This document shows positions 57,206-64,000 of a stretch of DNA of 64,000 bases, piece by piece. A program made the translations under genes and the position numbers. The stretch lies in contig PDIP01000026.1 of NCBI GenBank assembly GCA_002811645.1, forward strand, positions 230,065 to 294,064, given 5' to 3'. The DNA comes from Corallochytrium limacisporum Hawaii. Lineage: Eukaryota > Protista > Pluriformea. The notes beneath the pieces are model-generated. The model searched no databases. It had not been told where the DNA came from and worked only from the letters and a program-made list of their open reading frames with translations. Within the stretch, counting starts at the first letter, position 1. Every line of letters starts with the position of its first letter.

Positions 57206-57430
57206 ATGGTGCGTTTGACTACCGCTATGATAATCACTGTCCTGGGTATGGCCAATATGGTCATGTCTAAGGCTGTAACTGCTGAAGAATTCATGGCTGA
57301 GGTCGTTCCCGGCCAGGACAACTTGGAGTCGGCCTGCTATTCCGATTCCAGTTGTAACGATAAGTGTATAATTGCCTGTGCAACCAGTTCTTGCAACTGT
57401 GGGGCAAACAACTGCTACAAATGCGTCTGA
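57206..57430 (+). CDS. Secreted 8-Cys defensin-like prepropeptide, 74 aa
   Basis: Signal MVRLTTAMIITVLGMANMVMS, acidic pro-region ending QDNLESA, mature C-x5-C-x3-C-x3-C-x4-C-x-C-x4-C-x2-C-V then stop. Confidence 0.75.
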   Translation: MVRLTTAMIITVLGMANMVMSKAVTAEEFMAEVVPGQDNLESACYSDSSCNDKCIIACATSSCNCGANNCYKCV

Positions 57431-59120
57431 ATGATGACACAAAGATGTGTTTTCGAGGGTACGGCGTGACGATGAATGCCAACGACATAATCCGCATAGG
57501 CCTATGTGGAGGTTGCAAATATGGCGTCCACAGTAAAGGAGCACTAAACGTACCTGTGCCTATTGCTGGTCATTTCCAGAGATTATCCTAATATAACGTG
57601 CCTAGAACTCAGAAGTCATACCTCCGTTACGAGTGCCTCGGAGCGATGCCAATGTGGGTTGACATCGTATACTACACCCAGCCTCTAGTGCTTGTAAGAA
57701 GACCATATTGCATTCGTCACTTCCAATTTCCTGGATTGTAAACATCGAATTTGTGAAGACGATCAAGATCCAGAGCTCCCTTGATGAGTTGGGTTTCTGA
57801 ACTCCAGGCGCACGTCCTCAGATTGTCTTGACATGTCTTGTCTTCTATTCCTCGTAAGGAGGAGGGGGCTCGTCAACCGGCTCTGAATGTGGTTGAGCTG
57901 TATTCAATGTGTATGTGAGCGTATATTGGCAGCTACATTGTCCAGCACGTAGTAAAGCATCACTGAGGACGCTAGCGCTTTCCTATCTTGCTTCATAATT
58001 ACACCGTGTGTTTTTTGGGACTTGAGCACCAACCATTCAGAATGTCTCCTCCTCGGCGGTGACTCACAATGGCCATGTTCACGGGGTCGGTGACACTCTC
58101 CGCGCCCTGACATGGATAGTCTTCCTCGTTCTTTTGGCCCCATAACCAATTTACTGTCTGTTGTTAGGTGCGCACCTCCGGTAAGCTGTTCCATTGCTTA
58201 TTATTTCCAGGTGCATTTTGGTAAGCCTGGGCCTTTGCCTTGACGCAGACTCCATTAGGTGTATCTTTGACACACTTAGAATATTCATCACAAGGGTAAC
58301 CCGCACAACAGAAGGATACGCCCCCCTGGAACAAACCCAGTGGGTCCGGAAGACTTACTCTCGACGTGTCTCATGCCCACGAAATTCTGTTAGGCTGGGA
58401 TTCTTATCCACTAGGCAACGAGGTTTGTCTGTGATCAACATGACTCCACATTTGACCCGCATGAGTTCCCTACAATGGACAAACAACGAAAAAGGACCTC
58501 TATAAGCGCTGGAGCAAATCCATGGTTGCCCCTCTGAGTTTGGACGTTAAAACATTGGACGCTTCCTCCTACCCGCACGGACATAATGAAGTACAATGGC
58601 CCTCACTGCGGTATATATGATCTGTCCTGCTGTGTGGCTCACAGGTCAACACATCTGCATCAGGCTTGGATGCCCAGCGCAGAAACGACATCATGAGGCC
58701 AGGGATAAAGGCAATCCAAATGATTTGGGTCATTGATCAATATTATGAAATTTCTTGTCGTCGACGAAGCAGAGTCCCCATTTGGTAGTATCAACAAGGT
58801 CCCAATGACACAAGAAAGGTGTCCAGAGGACAATTACATCCTGCTGGGATTGACAAAACTGCACACAACTACGACCTAATCTCCTCATAGACTTTTTCAC
58901 ATGGCCATATGGATAAGAGTGAATGAGGAAGACCATGCGAATATGTAGAAGTTAATAGTACGACCCTCCGTGGGGATCTGCCACAGAGGGTATTTAAGGT
59001 GATCCGAATCTGAGAACAGACGTTTTCGAAAGCACCATCATGCTTTTGCATACCACAACCAAAAGATTACTATACAAGAAAGTTCAACCGTTCTCTGTGC
59101 GCTTTAAAATTAGGATTAAG

Positions 59121-59801
59121 ATGAAGATAATTTTGCATGCTACTTGCGCAGCTCTCCTGGCAAGCATTATCCTTGTGGACGGCGCACCAGCGGCGATATC
59201 GCGAAGGCAAGCAACCCAGGATCCTTTGTACTGTCCCTCACCAAGGGAGGTAGCAGATCCCTCTATTTGGGAACCGTGGTACTCCGTTCCGGACAACAAG
59301 TTCATGTGGGCTATGTCTGGTCAAATGGATATGCGTGAGATGTCTAAGTATGTTAAAGACACCGCAAGTGACTTTGAGGACTTTATGAGTAGAAAGTTAG
59401 GGAACTTCGCTGTCGTCGATGGACAGACAGGCTATGTGGACGAGTTTAAATCCCTGCTATGGAAGCTCAATGCCGTTGTTGGCCCACTCCTCATGGGACC
59501 CTACAACATTGAGCGCACCAATTCAAACGCAGTGGAGTGGGACGAGTGGTGGGATGCTCTGAAAGACCTGACCGCGGCCGATGGCATGGAGGCGTACTGC
59601 AACCCTGATGCTAACGATAAGGATTACAAGCCTTGGGCAGTCAGCTTCCCATGGGTCTTTAATGATTACTCACATCCCATCAACTACCAGTACCGACATC
59701 AGGAAGGAGATACGGTAAGACGTCTCCTCGCTTCCAGAATCCTCCGTATAAGGGACCTGCGCGCACTAAAATGTCGTCAGGGGATATACCCACACTTCTG
59801 A
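59121..59801 (+). CDS. Orphan secreted protein (226 aa) with signal peptide and RR|Q pro-cleavage site
   Basis: MKIILHATCAALLASIILVDG-APAAISRR-Q...; protein-like composition, Trp/Met/Asp-rich; no family recognised. Confidence 0.75.
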   Translation: MKIILHATCAALLASIILVDGAPAAISRRQATQDPLYCPSPREVADPSIWEPWYSVPDNKFMWAMSGQMDMREMSKYVKDTASDFEDFMSRKLGNFAVVDGQTGYVDEFKSLLWKLNAVVGPLLMGPYNIERTNSNAVEWDEWWDALKDLTAADGMEAYCNPDANDKDYKPWAVSFPWVFNDYSHPINYQYRHQEGDTVRRLLASRILRIRDLRALKCRQGIYPHF

Positions 59802-61012
59802 GCAATTCAACCATGGCAATCGATCTTGCTGTGCGCACAGACAAGTACCATCCTCTGAGTTGAATGTGTACTCCGTATCCAGCCAAAATTCTCATTCGAA
59901 AATAGAAAACGGATCGTGATTTATAAGATTGCTTATGTGATTTCAGAGACAAATTTGAATGCTAACTGTACAATATAATCGGTCGGCGCGAATTCCTCCC
60001 CTCCGCCTTATTCCAGTTTATTAATATTGGTTTGGAGCAATATGTCGACTCAAAGAGTAGTACCACACTTTTGCAAGCGATCGTGACGCTCTGTAACTGA
60101 TGATCTACGCCAATCAAGCGCAGCTCAGCACAATGTTGTTCAGCACTTCAGGCGGACGTATCATGGTGGCGCGGAGCAAATCGCGGTGATCTGTGCCCAA
60201 AGCTGCCTGCTTCACCAATGCTCTGGATTGTATTGCATGTGTATAGTTGTTGTGCAGATGCTAAAGGAATCCATACTGACTATACTGAGAGGGTCTCATA
60301 GATTTGATGTTACAGATCCAGCGGTTGGAGAACTGTCCATTTCTTGGAAATGAAAATACTAAACTTCCCAGAACCGGCAAGCTCTCGCGCAATAGCCAGG
60401 AACACGGGAGTGGTGTCGGGGAGAGGGATGGCGGTCCCAAACTGCTCGGTATGGCGCGCGAGAACGGGTAACTCTCTCAAGGCATGTGGGACAAGGCACT
60501 CCTCCATTCGAAACCCATTGGAGCCCCTGGCACAGCGAAGGCCAACGGAATTAATTTGCGGAGGCGCCTATGGGGGGCCGCGTAACACACTTCTTTGTGG
60601 CTTTACGTGAACATGCGGGTAGGCGGAGTATGGCACAATGCCGGATTGGGGCCAATTAATGGCACTGGTATACAGCAACGAAAACAGGCAGGAGGGCCTT
60701 CATAGTTGAGGCCGGGAAGTATTGCTCTGGTTCCAACTCCAGTTATGAATTTTTCAAACACTATCAGGTATCGTGAACCCGAACCTCTTGGGGGTGGAAT
60801 AGACGTTTGTTGGTATATACGAGTGTATTCCCAATCTCAAATTGCAAGTACATGTCTACTTGTAGAAATGTACCTCAAGCGAAAGGGCCGCTATCTATTT
60901 AAGAAAATCGTTTTGCTCTAAGAATCCAGAGTATATCTAGAGGTAGAGTTGTCCGGCGCATTCCTCAGGAAAGTGTCCACGGTAGACAGATTGGACATGT
61001 TTCACAACAGTC

Positions 61013-63886
61013 ATGATCAGAAAAAGTACATTCACGAGCAAATTTTCATTGGCGTACCTTGCAGTGATTCTTGTTGTGTGCTATGCAATTCTGCAACTAG
61101 ACTTTGGTAGTACAAATATTCAGAGTCCTCGACAACAGACATGGCCAAAGGAAATTTGGCCTTTGGTTCATCGCTGGGACGGTGTGGTAGGACCGCCACA
61201 AAAGCCCAGCATACCAACAGGGCCAGCATCTAATCCCAACATAGACCACATGACTAGAATGTTTGGGAAAGTTTTTTTTGCAGAGGGGCAGTCGGAATGC
61301 ATCGCCAGTGAGGAGGAAGACACCAGCGGCATAACGGGGACGTCAGGCAAAGTGTTTGGAGGCGCGGTTGTGAACAGCATATCCGCCGAGGATAGACAAC
61401 GGTTACTGAAAACTTCGGCGTCGAATGCAAATGTCGAGTTTGAGAGTATGGGCGGCATGACCAGGAAGCCAGAGTGCCGGCGGTGGGCCGTGGTGACCAC
61501 GATCTTTAAGCCGTCTAATGCCATGGGAAAGTTGATGAGCATGCCCAACTGGTGTTTGGTTATTGTGGGAGATAGGAAGACCCCGTCTTCATGTTTTCAT
61601 ACTCTGGTTGAGGTCGACGATCTGCATCAGACGTTCTACCTTGGGATAGAAGAGCAAGAGAAGTTGGCGGAGAGCCTGACCACTGTGGGATCATTGCCTT
61701 GGAATCATTTTGGGCGGAAAAATATTGGATATTTGTATGCCATTGCACATGGAGCAGAGCAGATTTGGGATTTTGATGATGACAACCCTATCACGGTGGA
61801 CAACTTTTTGCATATGTTGGATGCGGAGAGGGTGGCTGTGACGGTACCTTCGGCTCCGGGCCCGCTGTACAATCCTATGCCAGTGATGGGAGCGCCGATT
61901 TTTCCATCATGGCCTCGTGGGTTTCCTTTAGACTCTATAAAGGAGGAGTCAACGTACGCTTTAGATCAGCACAAGGGAACGATAGATATGCGATCGATAG
62001 GAATTGTGCAGTCACTTGCACACCATGATCCAGACGTTGACGCAATCTATCGGCTAACGTCTGGACTTCTGCCATTCAATTTCTGTGAGGTGAACCTGGC
62101 TGCGAGCTCTGTGCAAGTGATTCCTCCGGGAACGCTGACACCGTTCAATGCACAGGCGACTCTGTTCAACCATGACATGCTATGGGCAACCTACTTGCCA
62201 ATCAGTGTGCACGGCCGTGTAAGTGACATTTGGCGCAGCTACATTGTCCAAGTGCTAGGCTGGCACGTGAACCAGGTGCTGGCATTTTCGGAGCCATTGG
62301 TAACACAGTTTCGGAATGCACACAACTATCTGGCTGATTTAGAAAGCGAAGGCGATTTATACAGGAAGAGCGGCGAACTTACAGCGTTTTTGGGCAGCGA
62401 GTGGAAGTGTCCGCACAATACGCTTCCGGAGTGCGTGATGGACCTTTGGATTTCTGTGTACGAGAGAGACTACATTGGCATGAAGGATGTGGAACTGATG
62501 CTGAATTGGTTAGATGACTTGCATAGCATTGGGTACAAATTCCCTAAGTGGAACAACAAGAGGATTCGTCTGGAGTATCACAGTGACTATACTCTGAACC
62601 GAAAGGTGGCGCTGAACAAGGAGGCCCTTGGGAAACCATGTGTTGCGGCTCCGGAGGACCTCATACTGTCTTCTGTGGTATTGAATGATAGTGCTACCAA
62701 GGCATTTATGGCAGAGATAGGACGTGATAAAGTACGAGTGCTTGTTACGGGCATGGGTGTTGACATCACTAAGTTGAAGGAACCGATCCTGGCACACTGG
62801 CGGAGCAACGGGGTGCGATCCTGGGCGCACTATCTTTTCTTGAGAGATCTAGGCTTTGAAACCTGGTATAAACTGAAGGGGACGGCGAATGACGAGATAA
62901 GGGATCGGTACCCTCACTTCGTGGACAACAGTGATGAAGATGAAATTGTGCGTATGGCCAACGCCGGATACTTTGACTTCATTATTGTTTCCGAATGGAG
63001 TATTGTTGAGGCCGTGAAACCTGCATTTCTTACTCGGATCAAAGGGGCGCGGTTCATATTTACAGTTTGTGTCGATGATCCATTGGACACTAAGCAGGTC
63101 AAAACACTGTACAAGAACAATGCCATCGCGCTGGTTACGTTTAACCATCATCTTGCGAAGCTAAACTTCGACGCGCGCAAAACTGGGATTCCGTCCATGG
63201 TCAATGCCTTTGGGCAATTCACACCTGCAGCGGCGCTGGAACCGAGAAAGGAGTACATCGGAAGCTTTGTATTTGTTGGAGACGTTCGAACCCAGTTGGG
63301 ATATGATGTTTTCGTGGCACTCGCGAAGGCATTTCCTGACTATGAAATGCTTATTATTTCGGCTGCCACATTCGACAGCAAGAAACAGAAAACGACAGAA
63401 TCGTTTTGTGAACTGATTGCACAGGAAAAATATGGGGGTTACGAATGCCCACCGAATCTTCAATGGGTGCAATCACCTAAGGGAGATCCTAAGGCAGACC
63501 ATATTCTGGCGACTGCGGACATTGCTTTGGACTTTTCATGGATTCCGATGTGGATTCATGACAACACCAAGGTGCAAATGTACCTTACTTACGGCCTCCC
63601 CGTGGTCACCAACAGGCCATCACAGACTTATCGATGGTCCGGCCTGTTTGGCAACCGGTTCGAAGTGATTGGAGCTACGGAGAGTCGTAACCCATCTTCA
63701 TGGGTAAGTGCTGTTCAGCGGCTCCTTGAGTCACCCGCCATAGACCGGCGGCACAGCACAAGTCTGGCGAATTTCATGTTCTCTTGGGAAACACACACCT
63801 TTGAACTTTTCTCAACAATAATGGGTATTCTAGATCAAGACCTGTTGAAAGTTAAGCCCCGCCCCGATCCGTTCTTCGCAAAGTAG
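61013..63886 (+). CDS. Type II membrane glycosyltransferase: STELLO/DUF288 (GT75-like) domain fused to a C-terminal GT-B (GT4-like) domain
   Basis: N-terminal signal anchor. STELLO motifs WAVVTTI, VIVGDRKTP, RKNIGYLYAIAHGA..IWDFDDDN, WPRGFPL, DPDVDAIYRLT, RVSDIWRSY and RNAHNYLAD. C-terminal FVFVG...GYD and ADIALDFS....NTKVQMYLTYGLPVVTN. Confidence 0.85.
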   Translation: MIRKSTFTSKFSLAYLAVILVVCYAILQLDFGSTNIQSPRQQTWPKEIWPLVHRWDGVVGPPQKPSIPTGPASNPNIDHMTRMFGKVFFAEGQSECIASEEEDTSGITGTSGKVFGGAVVNSISAEDRQRLLKTSASNANVEFESMGGMTRKPECRRWAVVTTIFKPSNAMGKLMSMPNWCLVIVGDRKTPSSCFHTLVEVDDLHQTFYLGIEEQEKLAESLTTVGSLPWNHFGRKNIGYLYAIAHGAEQIWDFDDDNPITVDNFLHMLDAERVAVTVPSAPGPLYNPMPVMGAPIFPSWPRGFPLDSIKEESTYALDQHKGTIDMRSIGIVQSLAHHDPDVDAIYRLTSGLLPFNFCEVNLAASSVQVIPPGTLTPFNAQATLFNHDMLWATYLPISVHGRVSDIWRSYIVQVLGWHVNQVLAFSEPLVTQFRNAHNYLADLESEGDLYRKSGELTAFLGSEWKCPHNTLPECVMDLWISVYERDYIGMKDVELMLNWLDDLHSIGYKFPKWNNKRIRLEYHSDYTLNRKVALNKEALGKPCVAAPEDLILSSVVLNDSATKAFMAEIGRDKVRVLVTGMGVDITKLKEPILAHWRSNGVRSWAHYLFLRDLGFETWYKLKGTANDEIRDRYPHFVDNSDEDEIVRMANAGYFDFIIVSEWSIVEAVKPAFLTRIKGARFIFTVCVDDPLDTKQVKTLYKNNAIALVTFNHHLAKLNFDARKTGIPSMVNAFGQFTPAAALEPRKEYIGSFVFVGDVRTQLGYDVFVALAKAFPDYEMLIISAATFDSKKQKTTESFCELIAQEKYGGYECPPNLQWVQSPKGDPKADHILATADIALDFSWIPMWIHDNTKVQMYLTYGLPVVTNRPSQTYRWSGLFGNRFEVIGATESRNPSSWVSAVQRLLESPAIDRRHSTSLANFMFSWETHTFELFSTIMGILDQDLLKVKPRPDPFFAK

Positions 63887-63989
63887 GCAAAGTCTAATAG
63901 CATCATTCGTGCGAAGCATGATTCCAAAGAATCAAAAACACCATAAGATCGATAAAGACTACCGTAAGGTTAGCACGGAAATTCCTATT

Positions 63990-64000
63990 TTAGGGTTAGG
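63990..64000 (+). repeat. Possible start of a TTAGGG telomeric-type repeat
   Basis: Window ends TTAGGGTTAGG; under two units are visible. Confidence 0.25.

Noticed and set aside
57428-57591. Selenocysteine readthrough or frameshift extension of the 8-Cys peptide
   Set aside because: The peptide already has an even Cys count and ends like the neighbouring peptide. Downstream frames are unremarkable and I saw no SECIS-like hairpin.
60087-60353. Third Cys-rich peptide (CAQSCLLHQCSGLYCMC)
   Set aside because: No upstream in-frame ATG or signal peptide before the Cys cluster, and an odd Cys count; probably chance.
1-64000. tRNA, rRNA, snRNA, CRISPR arrays, transposase or reverse transcriptase genes
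   Set aside because: No diagnostic motifs seen by eye; an Infernal/tRNAscan run is needed to exclude divergent RNAs.

Overview
Eukaryotic nuclear DNA from a draft assembly (4 N-gaps) with 16 supportable protein-coding genes, all apparently intronless. The gene set (PINCH, RACGAP1/CYK-4-like, CFAP20DC, PIERCE, FG-GAP and TSP1 receptors with Tyr-rich tails) suggests an intron-poor unicellular relative of animals, possibly Corallochytrium-like; this is inference only. 1-15 kb is a compact conserved block: HELQ-like helicase (5'-truncated), RacGAP, PINCH, two cilium-associated genes and CPSF1. 15-35 kb is gene-sparse, with microsatellites, C(n)G(n) palindromes, a class-V PLP enzyme and a TSP1/lectin receptor. 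35-64 kb is an accessory surface/secretome region: a 7-blade FG-GAP receptor, a DUF3291-like protein, two large tandem LNR-array receptors, two divergent Cys-rich prepropeptides, an orphan secreted protein, a STELLO-GT-B fusion, and TTAGGGTTAGG at the window edge. The best candidate for an undescribed system is the LNR pair: 15 and 12 Notch-type repeats, TSP1, GCC2/3 repeats and a furin-type site, joined to a two-TM module with ENaC/P2X/Erv41-46-like topology. The toxin/defensin-like peptide pair is second. All family assignments come from motif recognition by eye; no searches were run.
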